64,000 nt of DNA from Escherichia phage vB_Ec-M-J. Made by a program: the position numbers and the translations under genes. Shown here piece after piece: positions 29,000-39,023 of the stretch. The stretch lies in sequence record OQ718158.1, one strand, 5' to 3'. The stretch's first letter is position 1. Each line of letters starts with the position of its first letter. Below the pieces are notes generated by a model that ran no database searches, was not told the origin of the DNA, and saw nothing but the letters and a program-made list of their open reading frames with translations.

Positions 29000-29070
29000 A
29001 TTTCCCTCCTTTATTCATTATACTATATTTAATTCAAAAAGAAAAGCCAGTATCAAGTACTGGCATTATG

Positions 29071-30180
29071 TTATTTTGGTAAATCAATTTTAGTAAAGAC
29101 TGCAACATCCTCGCTTGCCCCTGGGATGGCGTAATAAGAACCAGTACTATATACATCTCCGTCTTTTGTTAATATTGAAGTTAAACCATCACTAAAAAGA
29201 ACATCACTAATCTCACTAACTGAAACAGGTAATTGTAAATTAGTAGCACTATATATTGCACCAGTTTGAGAATTGTTTAATCCCAAACCACGGTTCGCCC
29301 CAACACCCTTCTGATATGTACTAGTAATTATAATTTGTGTAGCAGTATTTAATGCAGGTGAATTCGTCATAAACAACGGAGAACTATTAGGCAAAGAACT
29401 TACAGGAACTGCACGAAATGTAGTTGTATCTGAACTAAGAAAGTTTGGCGTTTGACCACATACGAAATATGATGTACCATTATAGTAATTAAATGCATTA
29501 CCACCTATAGCTGCATCTATTACTCCAGTACTACGTAATCCCCACGTGTTAATTTGTGTTCGGTTCCCCGTGCCATGCTGACCCCTGTCATTCCACCCAG
29601 AACTATATAACTTATTATCTAATGTAATATACATACTGTCATTTGAATTCGTCATTACTTTACGCACATTAGTAGCACATTGAGTTAATGTGTAAATTGA
29701 TGATGAACCAATACCTAAAGCACCACGATATCCATTAGCCCCTGCACCATAGAGTACTGAACTAGTGCTAAGTACAAATATTAAACCATACGAACATACT
29801 ATATCAGCAATTTCATTTACCGATAGTACACTCGTAAACCACGCAGTCCTATCAACTAATACAGTACTGTAAGAAGTCCCAGTAGAAGACGAAAACCAAT
29901 AAGTCTCACCAGCAGTCCATATAGTATTGTCACTCTTAATAACAACAACTGTACGATCACCAGCAAAAAAATTAGTAACTTCTGTACTCACTAATCTCCA
30001 TGAAGATACAGTGTTGGTATTACCATTTCCAGATTCACCACCTTGATTTCTACCTATGTAATATAAATCATGTGAATCAGTCAATAAGAATTGACCCTGT
30101 GTAGACGCACCAACTTTTATTATATTTTTAGGACCAGGTGTGATATTCCCATAATCAAACATTCTTACAAAAGGTAACAT
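29071..30180 (-). CDS. beta-propeller protein, RCC1-like, leader MLPFVRMFDYGN
   Basis: 369 aa; motif RGQHGTGN; only 10 nt from upstream paralog (co-transcribed). Confidence 0.8.
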   Translation of the reverse strand: MLPFVRMFDYGNITPGPKNIIKVGASTQGQFLLTDSHDLYYIGRNQGGESGNGNTNTVSSWRLVSTEVTNFFAGDRTVVVIKSDNTIWTAGETYWFSSSTGTSYSTVLVDRTAWFTSVLSVNEIADIVCSYGLIFVLSTSSVLYGAGANGYRGALGIGSSSIYTLTQCATNVRKVMTNSNDSMYITLDNKLYSSGWNDRGQHGTGNRTQINTWGLRSTGVIDAAIGGNAFNYYNGTSYFVCGQTPNFLSSDTTTFRAVPVSSLPNSSPLFMTNSPALNTATQIIITSTYQKGVGANRGLGLNNSQTGAIYSATNLQLPVSVSEISDVLFSDGLTSILTKDGDVYSTGSYYAIPGASEDVAVFTKIDLPK

Positions 30181-30190
30181 ATTTCTCTCC

Positions 30191-31321
30191 TTAATTTAAT
30201 AATGCCCCTGGCAAATCCACTTTGACGAATTGTGCATATGCTGAGGAATTTTGATCAAAGTTTGGTCCCAATCCATAAAATGAGCTAATGCCGTCTTCAT
30301 TTGTGTATATGATATAAACGTTCTTTACATCATTTCCGCATATAAATCGAATGTCTTTCGTTTGTGTTCCCGCTGGAACATTACGAAGGTTCACAACGCC
30401 ATTACTTGCATTGTTATCAGCCGACGCAATTGGTAATTGATTTTGACCATATTGACCACGCATATTTTTTGCATCTAAACCAAACACAGTATCTGATACC
30501 GCACCAACTTTCAAAAATGAACCAAAACTATTATTGAATGACTTTGGAAATGTACCACTATAAACACTTCTCCCATCTGATAATACCGCTGAACTGAATT
30601 TCCCGCTATTCGATATGGCAAATTCATTGTAAGGAAGTGTACCCATTTTGGTATATACAGAATATGAATTAGTGGAAGTATTATCAATAATCTTATTACC
30701 ATTATATCCAATACCATACTGGTATCCGTCTGCATCTTGAACTATACACAAAGGACCACTTGGGGTTTGTGTCAACGAAACAACACGTTCAACTTGTATA
30801 TCACCAAATGTATTTCTTCGCCATGTTCTATCTATTATAGTACTAGTATTACCCAAAGATAATGCCACACTATATAATAGATTGTTTTCAGTAAAAATGG
30901 CAACATAATATGCGTGGTTAATAACTTGCTTCATCCCAGCATCAATAACTTCCTGTGGAATATGATCAGTAACATCCAACCAATCAAGGTTAGATGATGC
31001 AATATCTGGAGTACTGAATTTGTCAAATCTAGTTGAGCCACAAACTAGCACTCTATCATCATTTGTCAAAGCCACTGTGCTAGTCTGCATATTAGAACTG
31101 AATGATTTAACATTACTAATGTTAGACTTGTACCAACCCTTATCAGCAGCACCCACCGTGAATCCGGTTCCCATTGATCCACTTGTACTTGTACCATAAG
31201 CCCACATCTCACCACTATATGTTAGTGCCATACAGTGGCTTCCATTTGCTTGGAAATCCTTTATACCAGTGGGAGCAACCACTGTATTCCCATAATCAAA
31301 CATTCTAACAAAAGGTAACAT
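30191..31321 (-). CDS. beta-propeller-like protein, leader MLPFVRMFDYGN
   Basis: 376 aa; same leader; variant upstream cassette. Confidence 0.75.
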   Translation of the reverse strand: MLPFVRMFDYGNTVVAPTGIKDFQANGSHCMALTYSGEMWAYGTSTSGSMGTGFTVGAADKGWYKSNISNVKSFSSNMQTSTVALTNDDRVLVCGSTRFDKFSTPDIASSNLDWLDVTDHIPQEVIDAGMKQVINHAYYVAIFTENNLLYSVALSLGNTSTIIDRTWRRNTFGDIQVERVVSLTQTPSGPLCIVQDADGYQYGIGYNGNKIIDNTSTNSYSVYTKMGTLPYNEFAISNSGKFSSAVLSDGRSVYSGTFPKSFNNSFGSFLKVGAVSDTVFGLDAKNMRGQYGQNQLPIASADNNASNGVVNLRNVPAGTQTKDIRFICGNDVKNVYIIYTNEDGISSFYGLGPNFDQNSSAYAQFVKVDLPGALLN

Positions 31322-31398
31322 AACTAATTCTCCAAATTCAAATAATTATAATGTATTTACAAAAAAAATACCAGCACATATTTCAGTACTGGTATCAT

Positions 31399-32580
31399 TT
31401 ATGGTAAAATGATAGATTGTAACGAACTCATACCCAATGCTGGAACACTAGCCTGTGGTGCTGGAGAATTCAATTTTGGTGATGAAACCGCATATGACAT
31501 TCCTGAACCCAAATCTGGATCAAAAACTACAGCACAATAATTCCCACTATATATAAGTCCATTCTTGTATCCTTGTGCACTTTGAATGCATTTCGTGAAC
31601 GTACCAATATCTGTAGTGGCATTTATTAAGTTCCTCCCACGATAACCGCAGGTGTATATGAAATTATCATCGCCTATGTACATACTAGAATCCCCAGAAG
31701 AACTACATAGATACGACATATAAGCACGCATGTTTTTAGGAGCAACTGACAATGTACCTGCATAGAATTTATTATTCGAACCCGTAATATCACCATCACC
31801 CAATGCACCAAAACTTCCCCAGCCAGTACCATAATATCTCTTATCACTCAAGAATATAATACAGTTGTTATTACACATCTTGACTTGATATATCAATGAA
31901 GGATCAACCCCAGGGAATGATTCAGTGTATGTTAGAACAGCCAGATCAGTACTAGCATTACATTGATGATATGTATTAGTACCAGCGGACAAGATTGTTC
32001 CATTAGCTAACAGAATTCTCGCAGTACCAGTACCAGCAGTACAAGCAACTGCACTTCCTGCACTTCCGGTGTATATTTGTCTGAAAGTAAAGAAACCAAC
32101 AGTTTTACTTCCCTGCCCACTCCAACCAGTATTATCAACTCCACACGCCCATACTGAACCATCTTGCATGATCATCATTACACCAAAGCGTTCTATTGAA
32201 ATATAAACAATCTTCGTTGTATCAACTGCACTAAATCTAGAAGTTATATCAGTCCATACCTTAACACTTACCGCCGTCGCACTGGAAGTAGGATCTTCAC
32301 CAGCTATCATTATCCTCCCATTGTTAGTAAGATACATTGTCTGACTATAACCAGTACTACAAAACTTAACACTATCAGTCTCTGGAACTTTTAACCACTC
32401 GTTGTAACGTGTTACGTTAGTGTTATTACCTAACTGATAATAGTTATTCATCCCAGATACATATAACACACCATCCTTTATTAAACTATAAGTCGCACTA
32501 TAGTCACTACAGGTATAACGTGTACCCACAGGTCGCTCAACGACGTTCCCATAATCAAACATTCTAACAAAAGGTAACAT
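31399..32580 (-). CDS. beta-propeller protein, RCC1-like, leader MLPFVRMFDYGN
   Basis: 393 aa; motif YYQLGNNT. Confidence 0.8.
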   Translation of the reverse strand: MLPFVRMFDYGNVVERPVGTRYTCSDYSATYSLIKDGVLYVSGMNNYYQLGNNTNVTRYNEWLKVPETDSVKFCSTGYSQTMYLTNNGRIMIAGEDPTSSATAVSVKVWTDITSRFSAVDTTKIVYISIERFGVMMIMQDGSVWACGVDNTGWSGQGSKTVGFFTFRQIYTGSAGSAVACTAGTGTARILLANGTILSAGTNTYHQCNASTDLAVLTYTESFPGVDPSLIYQVKMCNNNCIIFLSDKRYYGTGWGSFGALGDGDITGSNNKFYAGTLSVAPKNMRAYMSYLCSSSGDSSMYIGDDNFIYTCGYRGRNLINATTDIGTFTKCIQSAQGYKNGLIYSGNYCAVVFDPDLGSGMSYAVSSPKLNSPAPQASVPALGMSSLQSIILP

Positions 32581-32653
32581 AATAAAATCTCCGTAATTAA
32601 ATTATATAGTATTTACAAAAAATACCAGTACATATTTCAGTACTGACCTATTA

Positions 32654-33775
32654 TTAAAAGGGCAACGGTAACTCAGTAAAAGTACTTACGTCCGGTAAAC
32701 CATACATTGAATTAGCATCACCACAGTAATACCACTTCGTAGAATCATGTACCACCGATAAACGCTGTGCACATAACACTTCCTGTATGTCATTAAACAC
32801 CATCGGGACTAACTCATATGTATCCGCAAATGAAGATACACCACCACTCGCATGAAAAGTATTCGTCCCAGCATAAAATAACTGATTAGTGTTCTTACCC
32901 ACAGCAAATGTCATCAATATCCCATCATTCTCCCATAAAGAAGAAAACTTATCAACACTACCAGAAAGCTCTGTGTAAGTACTCGTAATGGCACTCGCAG
33001 CCGCCGCATTACCCATCTGTTTATTCAAGTTCTGTCCAGCAATAAAATATCTCGTGCGTGCACTAGAATCAGTATATAATAACCCAGTGTTCGTAGTCAT
33101 CATTCCAATGTCCTTAATCGTCATACCAGTCTGTGAATAACTTAGATACGAAGTTAAACTACCATTATTACCCAACGAACCGTTATCACTCATGCCACAA
33201 CGATGTAATATACCACTTGTATCAACGTAGATAGTACTAACTAAACTCGTATACAACTCTTGTACATTATTCGCAATAAACACAGCAGTCGCCTTATTAC
33301 TAACCCCACCAAATGATAGGTTATTATCAAATCCCTTAGCGTATAATTGATTATTAGTAGTCAATAATCCAATCGTGAAATAAGACATTTTCATATCCCT
33401 TACTGTACTCAAATCTACTGCCCCAAATTGGTGCGTAACATCTGTCCATGTGAAAATCTGTGCACTACCAACACCACCCGTTTCAAACCATTTGTCACCA
33501 CAGTACAATATGCGATTACCCTTAGTAAAGATAACTGTTACCAATCCACTACCACACGCAAACTTTACATCACTTCTAACCTTCGTCCAATCAAGTACAT
33601 AGGTAGTGGTGTTATTACCTATACCTAACTTGCCATAACGGTTATAACCACGCACCCACAAATCACCACTCTTAGTAATTAATAGTAATGCGTCTCCTGT
33701 ACTTATTATTCGAAATCCCGAACTAGGATCAGGTACTTCATTTCCATAATCAAACATTCTAACAAAAGGTAACAT
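32654..33775 (-). CDS. beta-propeller-like protein, leader MLPFVRMFDYGN
   Basis: 373 aa; conserved leader and cassette. Confidence 0.75.
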   Translation of the reverse strand: MLPFVRMFDYGNEVPDPSSGFRIISTGDALLLITKSGDLWVRGYNRYGKLGIGNNTTTYVLDWTKVRSDVKFACGSGLVTVIFTKGNRILYCGDKWFETGGVGSAQIFTWTDVTHQFGAVDLSTVRDMKMSYFTIGLLTTNNQLYAKGFDNNLSFGGVSNKATAVFIANNVQELYTSLVSTIYVDTSGILHRCGMSDNGSLGNNGSLTSYLSYSQTGMTIKDIGMMTTNTGLLYTDSSARTRYFIAGQNLNKQMGNAAAASAITSTYTELSGSVDKFSSLWENDGILMTFAVGKNTNQLFYAGTNTFHASGGVSSFADTYELVPMVFNDIQEVLCAQRLSVVHDSTKWYYCGDANSMYGLPDVSTFTELPLPF

Positions 33776-33848
33776 ATATCCCTCCTTTATTCATTATACT
33801 ATATTTAATCAAAAAAGAAATGCCAGTACTCAAGTACTGGCATAGTAT

Positions 33849-34976
33849 TCAAAAAGGTAAATCAATTTGCTTAGTAATAATAGTATCTAACGGTATTGAA
33901 CACAATGAGAAATTCTTTCCACCCGTATTTTCAGGATTATATCCATTCATCCATACATTATTACCTTCGTAAAATGTATTCCAGTATAAAGACCCACTAT
34001 ATCGTGTATTCGAATTGAACGATGTAAAATTGAATTCTTGAAATGCTGTAAAATATGGAAGGGAACTTGAACTACTTCCCGTAAATGGGGTATGCCCAGT
34101 TGCTATTAGTTTGTTTGTATCTGCATTAATTAAAAATACAACACTAGTCGAATAGTCCAACGAATCAGGATGATATATATTACTCATATCACCTATAGTA
34201 AAACCAACATCAAAAACTTTACTATGTGCACCACTACCAGCAAAAGTAGTTCCAGTTGCATATATTTTATTATCAGATGTTATCATTACAAAACCAACAC
34301 CAGAAACAAAACTGCATTTTATATCATAAGATATATCATCAAACAACGGAACAAATGTGGTTGCATCACCCGATGTTGCTTTAACTTGAAAGCTGTTATT
34401 TGAACCTGAACCATATACAGTTCCATCGTTTTTAATCTTAAACAATGTATCGCCAAGGTAACCGCCAAATATATTATCCACATTAGTGTCAAGTACAGTC
34501 CACGCTGAAACATAATTTTTATGTCCTAAACCTAATGTACCACTTCGATTCCATCCTCTTCCATAAAGTGTTCCGTCTTTCATTAATATAAATGCTGTAT
34601 AACCACATAACATTTTTTTAATTTGGGTAACATCTATACCAGTGAAATACACAGCCCAGTCAGTATATCCTTGTTGGAAAGTATTAGAATTCGTGAATGC
34701 ATATGTTGAACCTGAACCATATATTTTATCACCTTTAATAACAACGGAAAACGATCCTAACCATAAGTCATCAACTTCAGTTGTGATTTGTTGAACTGCT
34801 CCTAACGATACAAACTGTGTACTTAAACCCGCATTATAGTTTGAATCTTCACCGTGTGCATATACAGTGCCATCTTGCATTAGAAACATTTCAAGAGTGT
34901 AACTAACAACACTTTTCTTTATATTATTAACTTCGATTATATTCCCATAATCAAACATTCTAACAAAAGGTAACAT
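33849..34976 (-). CDS. beta-propeller protein, RCC1-like, leader MLPFVRMFDYGN
   Basis: 375 aa; motifs YGRGWNRSGTLGLGH, YGSGSNNS. Confidence 0.8.
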   Translation of the reverse strand: MLPFVRMFDYGNIIEVNNIKKSVVSYTLEMFLMQDGTVYAHGEDSNYNAGLSTQFVSLGAVQQITTEVDDLWLGSFSVVIKGDKIYGSGSTYAFTNSNTFQQGYTDWAVYFTGIDVTQIKKMLCGYTAFILMKDGTLYGRGWNRSGTLGLGHKNYVSAWTVLDTNVDNIFGGYLGDTLFKIKNDGTVYGSGSNNSFQVKATSGDATTFVPLFDDISYDIKCSFVSGVGFVMITSDNKIYATGTTFAGSGAHSKVFDVGFTIGDMSNIYHPDSLDYSTSVVFLINADTNKLIATGHTPFTGSSSSSLPYFTAFQEFNFTSFNSNTRYSGSLYWNTFYEGNNVWMNGYNPENTGGKNFSLCSIPLDTIITKQIDLPF

Positions 34977-35045
34977 AATTCCCTCCTTTATTCATTATAC
35001 TATATTTAATCAAAAAAAGCCAGTATCAAGTACTGGCATATTAAT

Positions 35046-36194
35046 TTACTGCAAAAATGACATATCGACTTCTGTATAATTAAGAACGTTCTGTCCAGAA
35101 ATACCACCCATTACTACTATTGCAAGGCCACAATAATATAATTTTCCAGTATCAGTAAGTATAAGTGAACCAGATGGGGTGCGTACCAAATTACAAGAGG
35201 TATTAAACGAAGTATATGAAGGAGTATAGGAGTACTGATTAATATTATTACCAACACCTAATTGACCAGACGCGTTGCTTCCAGATGCATAAAGTACTTC
35301 ATCACCTTTAACTATATGTGATGCCATGTTACCAACACAAGTATATAAACTATAAACACCTGCACTCAATAATGTGGGGGTTTTATATTGTATATCAGTA
35401 GAAGAGGAAGTACCACCTGTACCAAATTCGTTCCCATATTGTGCACCGAACTGTTTACCACAAGCGTACAAATTATTATCCGATTTGATAAAAAATGTAC
35501 TCTGATAACTTACATTAAAATCTATAACATCCGAAGAAATCATCGTCACCCCAGTAATAGAAGTTTGATTACCCGTGCCCAACTGGTAGTAATAGTTAAA
35601 ACCACAACCCCATAAAGTATTATCTTCTCGCAAATAAATGTTACCAACTGCCTTTTTAACCGAAGTTATAGTATCTACTCTTTTGAATGTGTTAAAAGAA
35701 TTAATGTTTGTGCCATCACCAAATGATGATATGTTCGATATATTGTTAGCTCCACAACAATACAATGTACCATCGTTTGTTATCAAATTCACCTTCATAT
35801 CATAAAAACTACTCATGTATTTTATATCAGAAACATTAATACCACTTGATGTTATCCACGTAGTACAGTCCGTCCACAAAGTTTTTCTATCAGTTACACC
35901 AGTGAATGCCTTCGTGTTACCAGTGATAAAAACTTTTCCAGTACCTTTCTCTTCATACAATTGACAATCACTACTGTTATCTTCCAATAGAACTCGTTTA
36001 ACATTCTCCGCACAAAGAATAAATTTACTCGATGCTACACCTGTACCAGTACCCCAATTCGTCGCAGAAGATGCATACAACTTATCAGTATAAGTATCAT
36101 GAAGATACATAGAATCACTGGAATATATTTTAAAACGCCCAGAGTTGGTAGGTGCTTCATTCCCATAATCAAACATTCTTACAAAAGGTAACAT
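35046..36194 (-). CDS. beta-propeller protein, RCC1-like, leader MLPFVRMFDYGN
   Basis: 382 aa; motifs YYQLGTGN, SGQLGVGN. Confidence 0.8.
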   Translation of the reverse strand: MLPFVRMFDYGNEAPTNSGRFKIYSSDSMYLHDTYTDKLYASSATNWGTGTGVASSKFILCAENVKRVLLEDNSSDCQLYEEKGTGKVFITGNTKAFTGVTDRKTLWTDCTTWITSSGINVSDIKYMSSFYDMKVNLITNDGTLYCCGANNISNISSFGDGTNINSFNTFKRVDTITSVKKAVGNIYLREDNTLWGCGFNYYYQLGTGNQTSITGVTMISSDVIDFNVSYQSTFFIKSDNNLYACGKQFGAQYGNEFGTGGTSSSTDIQYKTPTLLSAGVYSLYTCVGNMASHIVKGDEVLYASGSNASGQLGVGNNINQYSYTPSYTSFNTSCNLVRTPSGSLILTDTGKLYYCGLAIVVMGGISGQNVLNYTEVDMSFLQ

Positions 36195-36206
36195 ATTTCC
36201 TCCAAA

Positions 36207-37112
36207 TTATTTAAAAACATACTGCGTATTAACACGTGTCCCGTTGTCGTAACCAAGTACGTAAAATATTTCAGCACTATTATTAGAGCCAAATAATGCA
36301 CCAGTACTATTACTCAACGTTGTATTGATAGCTAATGGTATCCATTTGTTTTGCTCGGCATCATATTTTAATAAATTTAATGCACCATAAGATACTGCAT
36401 ATATACCTTTGTCATATCTATTGTAAATTATCTTACTAGGGTTAGCTCCACCAACTGCTGCCATTCTTGACCAAACCGCACTCTCTATGTGATATTTTTG
36501 TGCAGGAGTAGATCCTTGTCCTGTAAAATATATGTAAGTACCATCAGTGCACATATCACCACCACCATTGTTTGTTGTATTCCCAGTAGTACCTAACGAT
36601 GTCCATGTATTAGTACTCGGCGTATAACTATATAATGCAGTATTAGACGGTGAACCCCACAAATATATCTTATCCCCTGTAGTAATCATCTTACTATATA
36701 CTGCCTGGTTAGGTTTGCCAACACTTGTATTATTCAGTGTCCATGTATCAGAGCTTATGTCATATACATAAAAATTATTATTAGCAACATTCGCTGCACC
36801 TAAACCACCGAACAAATATATTTTTCCTTGATAGGCACACAATGCACTTCCATAGGTGGATACTGGTGGTGATGATAATTGTACCCATATTCTAGAATTT
36901 AAATTAAAACTCCATAACTGATTATCCTGGTTCGAAGTATTCATTATACCACCAAATATATAAGCAGTATTTCTTGATGCATCATACGTATAACCAAAGT
37001 TATTTCGTGCTGAAGGTACTGGTGATGTGGTAAATTGAGTTCGTATACCACCATTTGGGGCTGGTAATGGAGCTTCATTCCCATAATCAAACATTCTAAC
37101 AAAAGGTAACAT
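36207..37112 (-). CDS. Kelch-type beta-propeller protein with the same leader MLPFVRMFDYGN
   Basis: track ORF trimmed to MLPF start; Kelch-like blades YIFGG, IYLFGG, IYLWG, YIYFTG. Confidence 0.75.
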   Translation of the reverse strand: MLPFVRMFDYGNEAPLPAPNGGIRTQFTTSPVPSARNNFGYTYDASRNTAYIFGGIMNTSNQDNQLWSFNLNSRIWVQLSSPPVSTYGSALCAYQGKIYLFGGLGAANVANNNFYVYDISSDTWTLNNTSVGKPNQAVYSKMITTGDKIYLWGSPSNTALYSYTPSTNTWTSLGTTGNTTNNGGGDMCTDGTYIYFTGQGSTPAQKYHIESAVWSRMAAVGGANPSKIIYNRYDKGIYAVSYGALNLLKYDAEQNKWIPLAINTTLSNSTGALFGSNNSAEIFYVLGYDNGTRVNTQYVFK

Positions 37113-37159
37113 ATTTCCTCCTTTATTCATTATATCATATTTACCCCATAAACAAAACC

Positions 37160-37188
37160 CTTGACATCCTTTCAGTACTGGTGTACTA
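37160..37188 (+). promoter_or_regulatory. sigma70-type promoter for the plus-strand small-gene array
   Basis: TTGACA-N17-TACTAT in divergent region between Kelch gene start and array. Confidence 0.55.
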
Positions 37189-37214
37189 TAGAAGGAATAC
37201 AAGGAGAACTACAC

Positions 37215-37442
37215 ATGACAGCTACACTTAAGTACTACATTAATACTCTAAATGAACTAGAGTACGGTAAGTTTCTCGCGGATAGTTCGTGGCTAATTGA
37301 GCTAAAAACACATAACAGTACTGGATGTAACCTTATGCTGAACAATGCACTTGATACCCTTGTAGTGAGTATTTTACACAGCACCATCTGCGGGGATAGC
37401 AATAAACAATTATCAAAAATCTTAGTACTGGTAGCTCTATGA
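37215..37442 (+). CDS. small protein, EYY-family-like (first gene of plus-strand array)
   Basis: track ORF trimmed to ATG after AAGGAG; N-terminal KYYINTL; behind TTGACA-N17-TACTAT promoter. Confidence 0.5.
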   Translation: MTATLKYYINTLNELEYGKFLADSSWLIELKTHNSTGCNLMLNNALDTLVVSILHSTICGDSNKQLSKILVLVAL

Positions 37443-37651
37443 ACACTATGAACATTGAACAGTACTACATTGATGCACTGCCAACAAAAGGTCTACGAGA
37501 AAGCCTACTGTATACACAAAATAATTATATAAACCTCAAACATTGTCCTAAACTATTGAACTCGTACAGGAATAATAAAATAAGAAATGCTGTACAAGGG
37601 GTAGAAAGTATGCAATACTATTACATCCTAACCCTTTTAATCGAGCACTAA
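37439..37651 (+). CDS. small protein, EYY-family paralog
   Basis: about 70 aa; N-terminal QYYIDAL, C-terminal YYYILTLLIEH. Confidence 0.55.
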   Translation: MNTMNIEQYYIDALPTKGLRESLLYTQNNYINLKHCPKLLNSYRNNKIRNAVQGVESMQYYYILTLLIEH

Positions 37652-37652
37652 T

Positions 37653-37838
37653 ATGTATAAAGAATTCTACTGTAGTAAGCTGCACAAACAATACAGAGAT
37701 TCATTTCCCAATGAACCTATGGATATGAATAGTCCCTTTTATAAATTTGACTTCAGACTGGAGACACGTTATGCAATAGAACATCAATTTCCTGAAACTA
37801 AGTACTTATCTATCATGAACCTCATCTTTAAGTTCTAA
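37653..37838 (+). CDS. small protein, EYY-family paralog
   Basis: N-terminal MYKEFY; hydrophobic C-terminal motif. Confidence 0.55.
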   Translation: MYKEFYCSKLHKQYRDSFPNEPMDMNSPFYKFDFRLETRYAIEHQFPETKYLSIMNLIFKF

Positions 37839-37849
37839 AAGAGTACTAT

Positions 37850-38062
37850 ATGAAAACTATGAACATACACCAGTACTACTTAGATATTCTCCCTAAAGAT
37901 GTACAGTTCATCCTTAAACAAGAATACAGTACTTTAAAAAACCTTAAAAGATCCGCACCGAATGTATTAATCCTGCACCAAGAAAATGTAGTTGATAATA
38001 TTCTACAAGGTGTACCAGGGACCGAGTACTTTAACATAATAAGGCTAATTACATTACCATGA
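37850..38062 (+). CDS. small protein, EYY-family paralog
   Basis: N-terminal HQYYLDILP; C-terminal EYFNIIRLITLP. Confidence 0.55.
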   Translation: MKTMNIHQYYLDILPKDVQFILKQEYSTLKNLKRSAPNVLILHQENVVDNILQGVPGTEYFNIIRLITLP

Positions 38063-38244
38063 ATCATATATTATACTATTACCAAAATCTATCCGACAGG
38101 GACAAGTACACCCACAACTCCAATGTATGGTACTACAAACGCGGTAGTATAAGAGACAAACAACATTACTTCTGTATTGCTATAAAAGAAGCACTAACAA
38201 CTAAGTACACGTACAGAGCAGTACTGAAACTTATTGATATGTAA
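38059..38244 (+). CDS. small protein, EYY-family paralog
   Basis: C-terminal YTYRAVLKLIDM; ATGA overlap. Confidence 0.55.
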   Translation: MNHILYYYQNLSDRDKYTHNSNVWYYKRGSIRDKQHYFCIAIKEALTTKYTYRAVLKLIDM

Positions 38245-38254
38245 AGAGAATACT

Positions 38255-38437
38255 ATGAGCATTGAATTGTACTTAAGTAAATTACAGCCTGGCGATAGAT
38301 TCATCTACAATAAGTTCGAATTCAACTACAAGAACGGGAGCAACAAATATCGTCGAGGATACCTATATACAAGCACAAGAGATGCACAAAACGAAAAGTA
38401 CACATACAGAGAAGTACTTAAACTAATCTCTATTTGA
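38255..38437 (+). CDS. small protein, EYY-family paralog
   Basis: track ORF trimmed to ATG; C-terminal YTYREVLKLISI. Confidence 0.5.
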   Translation: MSIELYLSKLQPGDRFIYNKFEFNYKNGSNKYRRGYLYTSTRDAQNEKYTYREVLKLISI

Positions 38438-38445
38438 GGTAATAT

Positions 38446-38631
38446 ATGAATACATTTGAGTACTATACAAATAAACTATCTATGCCTGAAAGATCTCATC
38501 TCTATGTGTGGAGAAATGCGTATAAAAGCGGCAATAAACTTATACAAAGAAATTCCCTTACAGTGTGTACAAATTTAATTAAAGCAGAGTACCGCACATA
38601 TATTGAAGTACTCAAACTGATAGCAATCTAA
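38446..38631 (+). CDS. small protein, EYY-family paralog
   Basis: N-terminal MNTFEYYTNKL; C-terminal EVLKLIAI. Confidence 0.55.
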   Translation: MNTFEYYTNKLSMPERSHLYVWRNAYKSGNKLIQRNSLTVCTNLIKAEYRTYIEVLKLIAI

Positions 38632-38639
38632 GGTACTCT

Positions 38640-38819
38640 ATGCAAGAATTCTATATCTATAACCTCCAGCACAAAGATAGATACAACTATAATAAATTCC
38701 AAAGGTACTACACAGTCGGGAACAAAAGAGATAAAAAACGTTATCTACTCTCGTGTACAGTAGAAGCACAAAACGAAAAGTACACGTACAGAGAAGTACT
38801 TAAACTAATCTTAATCTAA
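38640..38819 (+). CDS. small protein, EYY-family paralog (59 aa)
   Basis: hand-found ORF below track threshold; MQEFYIYNL...YTYREVLKLILI. Confidence 0.5.
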   Translation: MQEFYIYNLQHKDRYNYNKFQRYYTVGNKRDKKRYLLSCTVEAQNEKYTYREVLKLILI

Positions 38820-38826
38820 GGTAGAC

Positions 38827-39015
38827 ATGAACACTTTTGAGTACTACTTCAATAAACTAAACCACATAGAACAAAGTATGCACAACTCATTTATTCAGCA
38901 CCATCAATCATCTGCACATGGAATTAAAAATATATCGATTGAGATTATCACTACCCGTGTACTGTCATCTGAACGTTATATGTATATTGATGTACTGAAA
39001 CTCATCTCTATGTAA
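38827..39015 (+). CDS. small protein, EYY-family paralog
   Basis: N-terminal MNTFEYYFNKL; C-terminal DVLKLISM. Confidence 0.55.
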   Translation: MNTFEYYFNKLNHIEQSMHNSFIQHHQSSAHGIKNISIEIITTRVLSSERYMYIDVLKLISM

Positions 39016-39023
39016 GGAATAAT

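Noticed and set aside
19033-35615. Plus-strand ORFs inside the propeller array (19033..19218, 21354..21569, 23449..23646, 25060..25431, 26681..26884, 26987..27238, 27254..27880, 28368..28562, 33428..33628, 34170..34403, 35388..35615)
   Set aside because: Antisense to long, well-supported paralog genes; low-complexity translations; no start context.
18633-37112. Diversity-generating retroelement as the source of propeller variation
   Set aside because: No reverse transcriptase ORF and no template/variable repeat pair. Divergence is spread over whole gene bodies rather than confined to a C-terminal variable region.
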